This document shows, in pieces, positions 9,550-18,074 of a DNA stretch of 64,000 nt. The position numbers and the translations under genes are program-made. Each line of letters starts with the position of its first letter. Position 1 is the first letter of the stretch. Origin of the DNA: Sulfitobacter sp. (GTDB taxonomy: Bacteria; Pseudomonadota; Alphaproteobacteria; Rhodobacterales; Rhodobacteraceae); the NCBI GenBank assembly GCA_034669925.1, contig JAXMOM010000005.1, positions 45,345 through 109,344 on the forward strand, in the 5' to 3' direction. Under the pieces are notes generated by a model that saw nothing but the letters and a program-made list of their open reading frames with translations, was not told the origin of the DNA and did no database searches.

Positions 9550-10419
9550 TTGAATTTCCAAAAGGTTTCGTTACCGCAAGGCATCCACCTTGTCGGCGTC
9601 CCAATCGGCACGGCCCGCGACATTACACTGCGGGCGCTGGACGTGCTGGCGTCGGCCGATGTGCTGGCTGCCGAGGACACCCGCAGCCTGCGGCGGCTGA
9701 TGGATATTCACGGCGTGCCGCTGGACGGGCGGCACATCCACACACTGCATGACCACAGTACAGACAAGGTTGTAGGGCAATTGCTGGCCCGCGCGGGCGA
9801 AGGCGGGTCGGTGGCCTATGCGTCCGAGGCGGGTATGCCGCTGATCGCCGATCCGGGTTTCGAATTGATCCGCGCGGCGCGCGGCGCGGGCGTGCCGGTG
9901 CATTGCGCGCCGGGGCCAAGCGCGGTGGTGACCGCTTTGGCGGTCGGCGGGTTGCCGACAGATGCCTTTTTGTTCGGCGGTTTTTTGCACAACGCCAAGG
10001 CTGCGCGCCGCACTGCGCTGGAAGGGTGGGGCAATGTGCAGGCCACGCTGGTGTTTTACGAATCACCCAAACGGCTGGGGGCGATGCTGGCCGATGCGGC
10101 AGAGGTGCTGGGCGGTGAACGTCAGGCCGCCGTGTGCCGCGAGTTGACCAAGAAATTCGAGGAAGTGCGCAGCGGCACGCTGACCGAACTGGCCGAGCAT
10201 TACGCGGGCGCATCGGTGAAGGGCGAAATCGTCGTGTTGATTGCCAGACGTTTAGAGAAAATTAGGGAAGATGATGTTGAATCAGACCTGATTGAAGCGT
10301 TGGGGCATATGTCGATGCGCGATGCGGTGGATGCTGTATCGGCGGCACACGGCGCGCCCCGTCGCAAGGTGTACCAACTGGCGCTGACCCTGCCCAAGGG
10401 GGGCAGTGGCGCATCCTGA
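9550..10419 (+). CDS. rsmI: 16S rRNA (cytidine1402-2'-O)-methyltransferase
   Basis: N-terminal tetrapyrrole-methylase-type motif LVGVPIGTARDITLRALDVLASADVLAAEDTR. The ORF track gives a TTG start. Confidence 0.9.
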   Translation: MNFQKVSLPQGIHLVGVPIGTARDITLRALDVLASADVLAAEDTRSLRRLMDIHGVPLDGRHIHTLHDHSTDKVVGQLLARAGEGGSVAYASEAGMPLIADPGFELIRAARGAGVPVHCAPGPSAVVTALAVGGLPTDAFLFGGFLHNAKAARRTALEGWGNVQATLVFYESPKRLGAMLADAAEVLGGERQAAVCRELTKKFEEVRSGTLTELAEHYAGASVKGEIVVLIARRLEKIREDDVESDLIEALGHMSMRDAVDAVSAAHGAPRRKVYQLALTLPKGGSGAS

Positions 10420-10427
10420 GGATCGGC

Positions 10428-10883
10428 ATGGACCAACTGGCCTTTGATTTTACGCCGACACCTGCTGCGACGGCGGCCGCTGTCGCAGTACCGGCGGTGC
10501 AGCCCGCTGCAACGGACAGGCGCCGTTTGCGCGGCGCGATGGCCTATCATTCCGGTGCGTCTGCCGAGATGCGGATTTCCTCCGATTACGAACGACGCGG
10601 TTTTCCCGTGGTGCAGCGCCGCTGGCGTGGCAAAGGGGGCGAAATTGATCTGATCGCGCAGGACGGCGACGGGCTGGTGTTCATCGAGGTCAAACAAAGC
10701 AAGACATTCGACCGTGCCGCCGCCCGCCTGACGGCTGCCCAGATGCGGCGCATCTATGCATCTGCCGAAGAATACCTTGGCCGGATGCCACGCGGCAGCC
10801 TGACCGAAGTGCGCTTTGATGTGGCGTTGGTGAACGGGCAGGGCGAAACGCGGATCATAGAAAACGCGTTTGGTTTGGACTGA
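10428..10883 (+). CDS. yraN: YraN family (UPF0102) endonuclease-like protein
   Basis: GGEIDLIAQDGDGLVFIEVK core, plus conserved position after rsmI. Confidence 0.85.
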   Translation: MDQLAFDFTPTPAATAAAVAVPAVQPAATDRRRLRGAMAYHSGASAEMRISSDYERRGFPVVQRRWRGKGGEIDLIAQDGDGLVFIEVKQSKTFDRAAARLTAAQMRRIYASAEEYLGRMPRGSLTEVRFDVALVNGQGETRIIENAFGLD

Positions 10884-10943
10884 CCCATTGCGCCTTTGGC
10901 GTGGCTGATCCATCAAGGAAACTCAGCAACGCGAGGTGCCGCG

Positions 10944-11879
10944 ATGAAGATCGCTTTTCAGATGGACCCGATCGGGGACGTGAATATCAACGCAGACAGC
11001 AGTTTTCGGCTGGCCGAAGAGGCGCAGGCGCGGGGGCATTCGCTGTTTTTCTACACGCCGGATCATCTGGCCTATCAAGAGGGGCGCATCACCGCGCGCG
11101 GGCAGGACTTTACCGTGCAGCGGGTGCAGGGCGATCATGCCCAACTGGGGGAGATGCGCGAAGTGGACTTGTCAGAATTCGACGTGGTCTGGCTGCGGCA
11201 GGACCCGCCCTTTGACATGCATTATATCACCTCGACCCATCTTCTGGACCGTCTGAAAGAAACCACGCTGGTGGTGAACGACCCGTTCTGGGTCCGCAAC
11301 TTTCCCGAAAAGCTGCTGGTACTGGATTTCCCGGACCTGACCCCACCCACCACGATTGCGCGCGACCTGGACACAATCAAGGCGTTCAAGGCCAAGCATG
11401 GCGATGTTATTCTGAAGCCGCTTTACGGCAACGGCGGTGCCGGCGTGTTCCGGCTGGATGCCAACGACCGCAATCTCAGCAGCCTGCACGAGCTGTTCAC
11501 CGGTTTCAGCCGCGAGCCGTTGATTGTGCAAAAATTCCTGCCCGCCGTCAGCAAGGGCGACAAGCGGGTGATTTTGGTCGACGGTGCCGCCGTGGGCGCG
11601 ATCAATCGTGTGCCGGCCGAGGGTGAGACGCGATCAAACATGCACGTGGGCGGACGTCCCGAGAAGGTTGGCCTGACCGACCGCGATCTGGAAATTTGCG
11701 CGGCCATCGGACCCTTGCTGAAAGAGCGTGGCCAGGTCTTTGTCGGCATCGACGTGATCGGTGACTATCTGACTGAAATCAACGTGACCTCGCCCACCGG
11801 CATTCAGGAACTTGAACGGTTTGATGGCGTCAACATCGCCGCCAAGATCTGGGAGGCGATCGAGGCCAAGCGCGCGTGA
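10944..11879 (+). CDS. gshB: Glutathione synthetase
   Basis: [11 protein letters not shown]...SSF.L..EAQ.RGH N-domain and an ATP-grasp C-domain ([15 protein letters not shown]). Start at ATG 10944. Confidence 0.93.
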   Translation: MKIAFQMDPIGDVNINADSSFRLAEEAQARGHSLFFYTPDHLAYQEGRITARGQDFTVQRVQGDHAQLGEMREVDLSEFDVVWLRQDPPFDMHYITSTHLLDRLKETTLVVNDPFWVRNFPEKLLVLDFPDLTPPTTIARDLDTIKAFKAKHGDVILKPLYGNGGAGVFRLDANDRNLSSLHELFTGFSREPLIVQKFLPAVSKGDKRVILVDGAAVGAINRVPAEGETRSNMHVGGRPEKVGLTDRDLEICAAIGPLLKERGQVFVGIDVIGDYLTEINVTSPTGIQELERFDGVNIAAKIWEAIEAKRA

Positions 11880-12790
11880 GCTGGCAACGCTCGGCGATCA
11901 ACCGTTGGCTGCGGCTGGTTGAAAAGCCGCATCTTGCCCACGCCACCTCGCACGACAGCTTGCGCAACCGGTTGGAGCGCAGCGCGCGGTTCTTTTTTCG
12001 CGGCCCGCGCGACGTTCTCCAGCACTGGCGTGATCTGGGGGACGGCGCTGCCCTGTGGCTGGAACCTGCCGCAGCGGACCGGTCCCGTGTTCTGCTGTAT
12101 TTCCACGGCGGCGCTTATATCTTTGGCAGCCCGCGCACCCACGCGGCGATGGTCGGGGTTTTGGCCAAGGCCGCGGGCGTGCGTGCTGTTCTACCAGCCT
12201 ATCCGCTGGCCCCTGAACATCCCTTTCCTGCCGCAGTCGACCGTGCCGAAGATGCCTATCACACGCTTGTGGCGGCGGGCGTGTCGCCCGAAAATATCGT
12301 GTTGGGAGGCGACAGTGCCGGCGGTGGGCTGGTTCTGGCGGTGTTGGGGCGGCTGATCGGGGCGGGGGCTGCCCTGCCCGGCGGAGTGTTTGCGCTGTCG
12401 CCATTGACCGACATGACGTTTTCTGGGGCCAGTTTACAGGCGAACGCGGCGCGTGACGTGATGCTGCCCGCGACGCGCGTGACTGAAATGGCCGAGCAAT
12501 ATCTTGCGGGTGCTGCCGCACAAGACCCTCAGGCCAGTCCGCTTTTTGCCGATTTTACTGGCGCGCCGCCTGTTTGGTTTACGGCGGGAGACACGGAAAT
12601 CCTGTTGGACGACACGCGCCGCATCGCAGCCAGCATGACGGCACAGGGCGTTTCGGTGCAGATGCACATTGCCGGTGATCTGCCCCACGTTTGGCCGATT
12701 TTTCACAACACCCTGCCCGAAGCACGTGCGACGCTGGACGATCTGGCAGGATGGATCAGGTCCCGCTGGGGTGCGGCACCCGGTAGCTGA
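11876..12790 (+). CDS. Alpha/beta hydrolase (HSL-type esterase/lipase)
   Basis: HGGAY oxyanion motif and GDSAGG nucleophile elbow. The GTG start overlaps the gshB stop (GTGA). Confidence 0.8.
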   Translation: MSWQRSAINRWLRLVEKPHLAHATSHDSLRNRLERSARFFFRGPRDVLQHWRDLGDGAALWLEPAAADRSRVLLYFHGGAYIFGSPRTHAAMVGVLAKAAGVRAVLPAYPLAPEHPFPAAVDRAEDAYHTLVAAGVSPENIVLGGDSAGGGLVLAVLGRLIGAGAALPGGVFALSPLTDMTFSGASLQANAARDVMLPATRVTEMAEQYLAGAAAQDPQASPLFADFTGAPPVWFTAGDTEILLDDTRRIAASMTAQGVSVQMHIAGDLPHVWPIFHNTLPEARATLDDLAGWIRSRWGAAPGS

Positions 12791-14270
12791 CCGCTTCGGC
12801 AACGTGGCGGTGGCACACCTCGGGCGATCCGTCCAGATCGGCGATGGTACGCGCCACGCGCAGGACGCGGTGGTAGCCGCGTGCCGACAGGGCAAACCGC
12901 TCGGCGACCCGGGTCAGCAGGGCGCTTCCTTCGGCATCTGGGGTTGCGATGTCCTTGAGAATTTCCCCTTCGGCATCTGCGTTTGACCGCATGTCGGTGC
13001 GCCCTTCGAACCGTGCAATCTGGATGTCGCGGGCGGCTTTGACCCGCGCGGCAATCTGCGCCGACGTATCGCCCGACGCAGGCAGGTCAAGATCGGTATA
13101 ACGCACGGGCGGCACGTCCACGCGCAGGTCGAACCGGTCCATCAGCGGGCCGGAAATCCGGCCCATGTAATCCTCGCCGCAGGCAGGCACCCGGGCACAG
13201 GCGCGGTTCGGGTCCGTCAGATAGCCGCATTTGCAAGGATTGGCCGCGGCGACCAGCATAAAGGCGCAAGGGTATTTCACATGCGCGTTGGCGCGGGCGA
13301 TCATGACTTCGCCGGTCTCGATGGGCTGGCGCAGGGTTTCCAGCACGGTGCGGGGAAATTCGGGGAATTCGTCCATGAACAGCACGCCGTTGTGGGCCAG
13401 CGAGACCTCGCCGGGTTTGGCCGTGCGCCCGCCGCCGATGATTGCGGCCATCGAGGCGGTGTGGTGCGGCTCGCGGAAGGGGCGCGCACGCGAAATGCCG
13501 CCCGCGTCCAGCAGTCCGGCAAGCGAATGGATCATCGAGGTTTCCAGCGCCTCGGTCGGGGTCAGCGAAGGCAGGATGCCCGACAGGCGCGCGGCCAACA
13601 TGGATTTCCCCGACCCGGGCGTCCCCACGAGGATCAGGTGATGGCGCCCGGCCGCGGCGATTTCCAATGCGCGTTTGGCGCGTTCCTGCCCTTTGACGTC
13701 GCGCATGTCTTTCAGCGGCGCATCCGGGGTGACCTCGCCCGGTGTGCTGGGTTCGATCAGCGACTGGCCGGTAAAATGGCGCACGGCCGCGCCCAGATCG
13801 GGTGCGGCGATCACCTTGGTTGCCGACACCCACGCCGCTTCGGCCCCCGAGGCTGCGGGGCACAGCAGCGTGCGGTCCTCTGCGGCGGCGGCCATCGCGG
13901 CGGGCAAGGCGCCGATCACCGGGATCAAGGTGCCGTCCAAGGACAGCTCGCCCAGTGCGACAACCCCTTCGGCGGTGTCCTTGGGGATAATGTCGAGCGC
14001 GGCAAGAAGCGCCAGCGCGATGGGCAGGTCGAAATGCGAGCCTTCCTTCGGCAGATCAGCAGGGGATAGGTTGACCGTGATCCGGCGCGACGGCAGCGCG
14101 ATCGCCATCGCGCCCAATGCCGCGCGGACGCGATCGCGCGCCTCGGACACGGCTTTGTCGGGGAGGCCCACGATGGAAAAGGCAGGCAGGCCCGGCGACA
14201 GGGCGCATTGCACTTCGACGGTGCGGGCTTCGACCCCCTGAAATGCCACGGTATAGGCGCGTGCGACCAT
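12756..14270 (-). CDS. comM: Mg-chelatase-like AAA+ ATPase of the YifB/ComM family
   Basis: 504 aa with a Lon-like N-domain, Walker A GTPGSGKS, and a ChlI-like AAA+ core ending ...VAEAVSYR. Confidence 0.9.
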   Translation of the reverse strand: MVARAYTVAFQGVEARTVEVQCALSPGLPAFSIVGLPDKAVSEARDRVRAALGAMAIALPSRRITVNLSPADLPKEGSHFDLPIALALLAALDIIPKDTAEGVVALGELSLDGTLIPVIGALPAAMAAAAEDRTLLCPAASGAEAAWVSATKVIAAPDLGAAVRHFTGQSLIEPSTPGEVTPDAPLKDMRDVKGQERAKRALEIAAAGRHHLILVGTPGSGKSMLAARLSGILPSLTPTEALETSMIHSLAGLLDAGGISRARPFREPHHTASMAAIIGGGRTAKPGEVSLAHNGVLFMDEFPEFPRTVLETLRQPIETGEVMIARANAHVKYPCAFMLVAAANPCKCGYLTDPNRACARVPACGEDYMGRISGPLMDRFDLRVDVPPVRYTDLDLPASGDTSAQIAARVKAARDIQIARFEGRTDMRSNADAEGEILKDIATPDAEGSALLTRVAERFALSARGYHRVLRVARTIADLDGSPEVCHRHVAEAVSYRVPHPSGT

Positions 14271-14286
14271 TCTATCCCTCTGCGAT

Positions 14287-14327
14287 ATGGTTAATCGGTA
14301 GAGGGTGGGCGTTTACGAATGGTTAAT
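14287..14327 (-). promoter_or_regulatory. Two direct ATTAACCAT motifs (CtrA 8-mer TTAACCAT) upstream of comM
   Basis: The plus strand reads ATGGTTAAT at 14287-14295 and 14319-14327, 32 bp apart. These lie 17-25 and 49-57 nt upstream of the comM ATG at 14270. Confidence 0.5.
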
Positions 14328-14374
14328 GCTGGACGTCGCAGCGACTGGAAGTGGCGGCTGTGATGTCGGATTCT

Positions 14375-14398
14375 GGATATTTAGGGCCAAAAGAAGGG
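14375..14398 (+). repeat. REP-like repeat, copy b (GGATATTTAGGGCCAAAAGAAGGG core)
   Basis: Same core as the copies at 48938 and 59516. Directly abuts the GST stop codon. Confidence 0.6.
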
Positions 14399-15073
14399 TC
14401 AGGGCCACGCTTTGGTCGGGGTGCCCATGTCATAGGGGAAAGGGTCATAGATGGTTTTCAGACCTTCGGCGCGCCATGCCTTGAAGGCGGGATCGGACAG
14501 GGTTGTGGTGCAATAGTCCTGAGCGGCGCTGGACACGGGCAGGTCGTAGCCGACAATGCGCGCGCAGACCGGGGCGTAAAAGGCATCGGCCAGGCTGTAG
14601 TCCCCGAAGAGCCACGGGCCGTCTGTTGCAAAGTTGCGGGCGTGGGACCACAGTGTTTCGATGCGGGCCAGATCGGCGCGGGTTGCATCCGATGGCGAAA
14701 AGCCGGTGTTCACGTGCTGTAACTGCATCGGGCATTGGCTGCGCAGCGCGGCAAAGCCCGAGGCCATTTCAGCACATAGCATCCGGGCGGTGGCACGGGC
14801 GGCGGCATCTTTGGGCCACAGGCCCGCGTCGGGGTGACGCTCGGCCAGTGTTTCGGCGATGGCCATGCTTTCACCGATGGCGGTGCCATCCGGCAGCTTG
14901 ATCGCGGGCACCAGCCGGACAGGCGCAAGGGAAGCCAGATCGTCAGCCATCGTGCCGGCGTACAGGCCAACAAGATGGGTGCGGAAGGGCAGGCCGAACT
15001 TCTCGAGCATCAGCCAGCCGCGCAAGGACCAGCTCGAAAATGTGCGGTCACCGATATAAAGATCATATGTCAT
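14399..15073 (-). CDS. Glutathione S-transferase family protein
   Basis: MTYDLYIGDRTFSSWSLRGWLMLEKFGLPF is a thioredoxin-like GST N-domain, followed by a helical C-domain. Start at ATG 15073. Confidence 0.8.
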   Translation of the reverse strand: MTYDLYIGDRTFSSWSLRGWLMLEKFGLPFRTHLVGLYAGTMADDLASLAPVRLVPAIKLPDGTAIGESMAIAETLAERHPDAGLWPKDAAARATARMLCAEMASGFAALRSQCPMQLQHVNTGFSPSDATRADLARIETLWSHARNFATDGPWLFGDYSLADAFYAPVCARIVGYDLPVSSAAQDYCTTTLSDPAFKAWRAEGLKTIYDPFPYDMGTPTKAWP

Positions 15074-15133
15074 ATAGCAGACGTTAGCCGCAGACATCCT
15101 GTTCGGTAAATCGCTGTTTTGTGCGGGCATCCA

Positions 15134-15712
15134 TCACGGAAGGTGATTGAGAAGCGGCACCGGCGCTTTGGTGTCGGCCACATTGATGCGGGTCACGGAC
15201 AGGTTGTCGATCTTGTGGGCCAGCGCCTGTTTTGGCGTCCAGCCCATCGCCGCCTGCACTTGTGTCAGGATCACGCCGATGTGGGCCACCGCAATGATGT
15301 GCTGCACGGGGTGCTGCGCGCTGATCCGCCGAACGGCGGTGGCGACGCGGGCGGCGGCCATGTTCCAGCTTTCGCCGCCTGGGGGCACGATGTCGCCGGG
15401 GTTTTCCCAATAGGCACGGCTGAGATCCGGGTAGGCGTCGCTGACCCGCGAGAAATGCCAGTTGTCCCATGCGCCGAAGTGGAATTCGCGCAACATCGGG
15501 TCTGACGGCAAACGGGTGCGCCCGTTCGCTATGGCATCGGCGGTCGCGTGGGCGCGGATCAGGTCGGACGAGATCACCAGCGCATCGGCTGGCAGAAAGG
15601 CTTGGATGCGCGCAATTTGTGCGGTGTCGGACAGGTCGGCCGGCACATTTCGCCAGCCGACAAAGGTTTTCTGATGCGTCGGTCCGTGCCGGACCCAGTG
15701 CCAGGTGGTCAT
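15134..15712 (-). CDS. Histidine phosphatase family protein (CobC-like alpha-ribazole phosphatase candidate)
   Basis: RHG catalytic motif (WHWVRHGPT) near the N-terminus. The ATG overlaps the cobU stop (ATGA), which implies one operon. Confidence 0.7.
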   Translation of the reverse strand: MTTWHWVRHGPTHQKTFVGWRNVPADLSDTAQIARIQAFLPADALVISSDLIRAHATADAIANGRTRLPSDPMLREFHFGAWDNWHFSRVSDAYPDLSRAYWENPGDIVPPGGESWNMAAARVATAVRRISAQHPVQHIIAVAHIGVILTQVQAAMGWTPKQALAHKIDNLSVTRINVADTKAPVPLLNHLP

Positions 15713-16227
15713 AGGTGTCCTTTCAGAACATTGGGCAGTCCGGCAACCACCTGCACGGCGGTGTCGGCGCGGGCGGCCAGCGCGATGTTCAGCCGCCCCT
15801 GAGCCTCGCGAAAAGCGCGGGTTTCTGCGTCGGCGGGGACGATCCCCTGACCGAGTTCGTTCGACACGATCACCACCGGCGCCGCGCAATCGGCCAGCGC
15901 CTGCATCAGCCCCGCCTGGGCCTGCGCCAGATCGTTGCCGTCCATCACATGATTGGTCAGCCACATGGTTGCACAGTCGATCAACACGGCCTCGCCCGCG
16001 TGGCGCACACGCAAGGTATCAGCAAGATCATGCGTGGCCTCGCAGTTGATCCAGGCAGCATCGCGCCGATCACGGTGCACCTGAACGCGATCTTTTATTT
16101 CGGCGTCCCAAATGCGGGCCGTGGCCAGATAGACAGGAATTAACCCGCTGTTAACTATCATGTTTTCCGCAAAGACGGATTTTCCGGAAGCCGCGCCACC
16201 TAAAACGAATGTCATCGAAGGCAACAT
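15709..16227 (-). CDS. cobU: Bifunctional adenosylcobinamide kinase/adenosylcobinamide-phosphate guanylyltransferase
   Basis: P-loop MLPSMTFVLGGAASGKS and the C-terminal NELGQGIVP motif. SD AAAGGTGA precedes ATG 16227. Confidence 0.85.
   Translation of the reverse strand: MLPSMTFVLGGAASGKSVFAENMIVNSGLIPVYLATARIWDAEIKDRVQVHRDRRDAAWINCEATHDLADTLRVRHAGEAVLIDCATMWLTNHVMDGNDLAQAQAGLMQALADCAAPVVIVSNELGQGIVPADAETRAFREAQGRLNIALAARADTAVQVVAGLPNVLKGHL
16140..16155 (+). promoter_or_regulatory. Perfect CtrA-box consensus TTAA-N7-TTAAC inside the cobU 5' coding region, about 155 nt upstream of rpoH
   Basis: Sequence TTAACCCGCTGTTAAC. In the cobU frame it is encoded by codons that look rare for this genome (ATA, GTT, TTA, ATT). 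Confidence 0.45.
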
Positions 16228-16310
16228 ATTTTTCACCTTTCGAGTGAACCAAACCCTGTGCTGATGCGTAATTAAGTCAACACCGCAAAACAAGCAGCGA
16301 TCAGGGAGAT

Positions 16311-17195
16311 GTGACTATGGCACTGGACAACGTACGGGAAATTTCACTGTCCCGGATCGCGATGAAAGCTGAATTGCTGGACGCGGAAACCGAATTGAAA
16401 CTGGCCTATGCATGGCGCGACGAACGGGATGAGGCGGCGCTTCACCGGCTGATCACGGCCTATATGCGGCTGGCAATTTCGATGGCGTCCAAGTTCAAAC
16501 GCTACGGCGCGCCGATGAATGATCTGATCCAGGAAGCGGGCCTTGGCCTGATGAAAGCTGCCGACAAATTCGACCCGGATCGGGGTGTTCGGTTTTCGAC
16601 CTACGCGGTCTGGTGGATCAAGGCGTCTATTCAGGACTACGTGATGCGCAACTGGTCGATGGTGCGCACAGGGTCCACGTCATCGCAGAAATCGCTGTTC
16701 TTCAACATGCGCCGCGTTCAGGCGCGGCTGGAACGCGAAAGCGCCTCGTCGGGTGAAACTCTGGACCGGCATCAGTTGCGACAGATGATCTCGACCGAGA
16801 TCGGCGTACCGTTGCGCGATGTCGAGATGATGGAAGGCCGTCTTGGCGGGTCCGACTATTCGCTGAACGCCACCCAGTCGTCCGAGGACGAAGGCCGCGA
16901 ATGGATTGACGCGCTGGAAGACGACGGCGTGCAAGCGGCCGAGCAGGTCGAGAATGAACACGATACCGCCCAATTGCGTGAATGGCTGCTTATGGCGATG
17001 AACGCGCTGAACGAACGCGAACGCTTCATTATTCGCGAACGCAAGCTGCGTGACGACGCGCGGACGCTGGAAAGCCTGGGGCAAGAGCTGTCCCTGAGCA
17101 AGGAGCGCGTACGTCAGCTTGAAGCCGCCGCTTTTGCCAAGATGCGGAAATCGCTGGAGACTCAGAGCCGGGAGGTGCATCACTTCCTCGTATGA
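16311..17195 (+). CDS. rpoH: RNA polymerase sigma-32 factor
   Basis: Sigma-70 regions 2-4 plus an RpoH box-like segment QKSLFFNMRR. Start is GTG 16311, or ATG 16317. Confidence 0.93.
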   Translation: MTMALDNVREISLSRIAMKAELLDAETELKLAYAWRDERDEAALHRLITAYMRLAISMASKFKRYGAPMNDLIQEAGLGLMKAADKFDPDRGVRFSTYAVWWIKASIQDYVMRNWSMVRTGSTSSQKSLFFNMRRVQARLERESASSGETLDRHQLRQMISTEIGVPLRDVEMMEGRLGGSDYSLNATQSSEDEGREWIDALEDDGVQAAEQVENEHDTAQLREWLLMAMNALNERERFIIRERKLRDDARTLESLGQELSLSKERVRQLEAAAFAKMRKSLETQSREVHHFLV

Positions 17196-17998
17196 GATAT
17201 GTGATTCCCGCTGTGCTGTCGTGGGCCGTCCTCTCGGGGGCGGCCTTTGCTATTGAACCTGTTGATTTGGCCGCCGCTGACATTGGCGCCGCCGACATCG
17301 TGATCGTGGGCGAGGTGCACGACAATCCGGCCCACCACACGGCGCAGGCGGCGGTCGTGGCTCAGGTGCAGCCCAAGGCAATTGTCTGGGAAATGCTGAC
17401 GCCCGCGCAGGCCGGGCTGGTAACACCGGAGCTGATCGACAATGCGACAGCGATGGCCGAAAGGCTGGAGTGGGACGCGGCGGGCTGGCCGGATTTCAGC
17501 ATGTACCATCCGATTTTTGCCGCGGCCCCCGATGCCATCAGCTATGGCGCAGCAGTGCCGCGTGACCTGGCGCAGGCCGTGATGCACGAACCCTTGGGTG
17601 CGGCATTCGATGCGGCGGCGGCATACGGGTTGGACCGTGACCTCAGCGACGCACATCAGCTTGCCCGAGAAGATCTGCAACGGGTGGCCCATTGCGACGC
17701 GCTGCCCAAGGACCTGTTGCCAGCCATGGTCAAGGTTCAGCGGTTGCGCGATGCAACGCTGGCACAAGCGGCGGTCAGGGCGCTGGCTGACACCGGCGGG
17801 CCGGTGGTTGTGATCACCGGCAACGGCCATGCGCGCAAGGATTGGGGCATGCCCAGCTATCTGTCCGGGGTCGCGCCCAAGGCCCGCGTCTGGTCCATCG
17901 GTCAGGCCGAGGATGGCAATGCCCCCGACGGCGGTTTTGACGTGGTGTGGAACGCACCCGCACAGGCACGTCCCGACCCTTGCGCCGCGTTCAAATAG
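17192..17998 (+). CDS. ChaN-like (DUF399/Tiki-type) periplasmic protein
   Basis: Signal peptide MRYVIPAVLSWAVLSGAAFA, then ADIVIVGEVHDNPAHH, which is typical of ChaN-family proteins. The ATG overlaps the rpoH stop (ATGA). Confidence 0.65.
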   Translation: MRYVIPAVLSWAVLSGAAFAIEPVDLAAADIGAADIVIVGEVHDNPAHHTAQAAVVAQVQPKAIVWEMLTPAQAGLVTPELIDNATAMAERLEWDAAGWPDFSMYHPIFAAAPDAISYGAAVPRDLAQAVMHEPLGAAFDAAAAYGLDRDLSDAHQLAREDLQRVAHCDALPKDLLPAMVKVQRLRDATLAQAAVRALADTGGPVVVITGNGHARKDWGMPSYLSGVAPKARVWSIGQAEDGNAPDGGFDVVWNAPAQARPDPCAAFK

Positions 17999-18074
17999 CG
18001 GGCGCCATACGGGCTGGCAGAATGCGCAGGCGCGGCTTATGGTTGGGCAAATGTGACGGCAGCGGGGACGCAGG

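Noticed and set aside
10236-10310. AT-rich patch with apparently rare codons (TTA, AGA, AGG, ATT) inside the 3' part of rsmI.
   Set aside because: It falls in the variable linker of RsmI and keeps the reading frame. I could not match it to a promoter, a CtrA box or a repeat. It could be an internal promoter for yraN-gshB, but I have no positive evidence.
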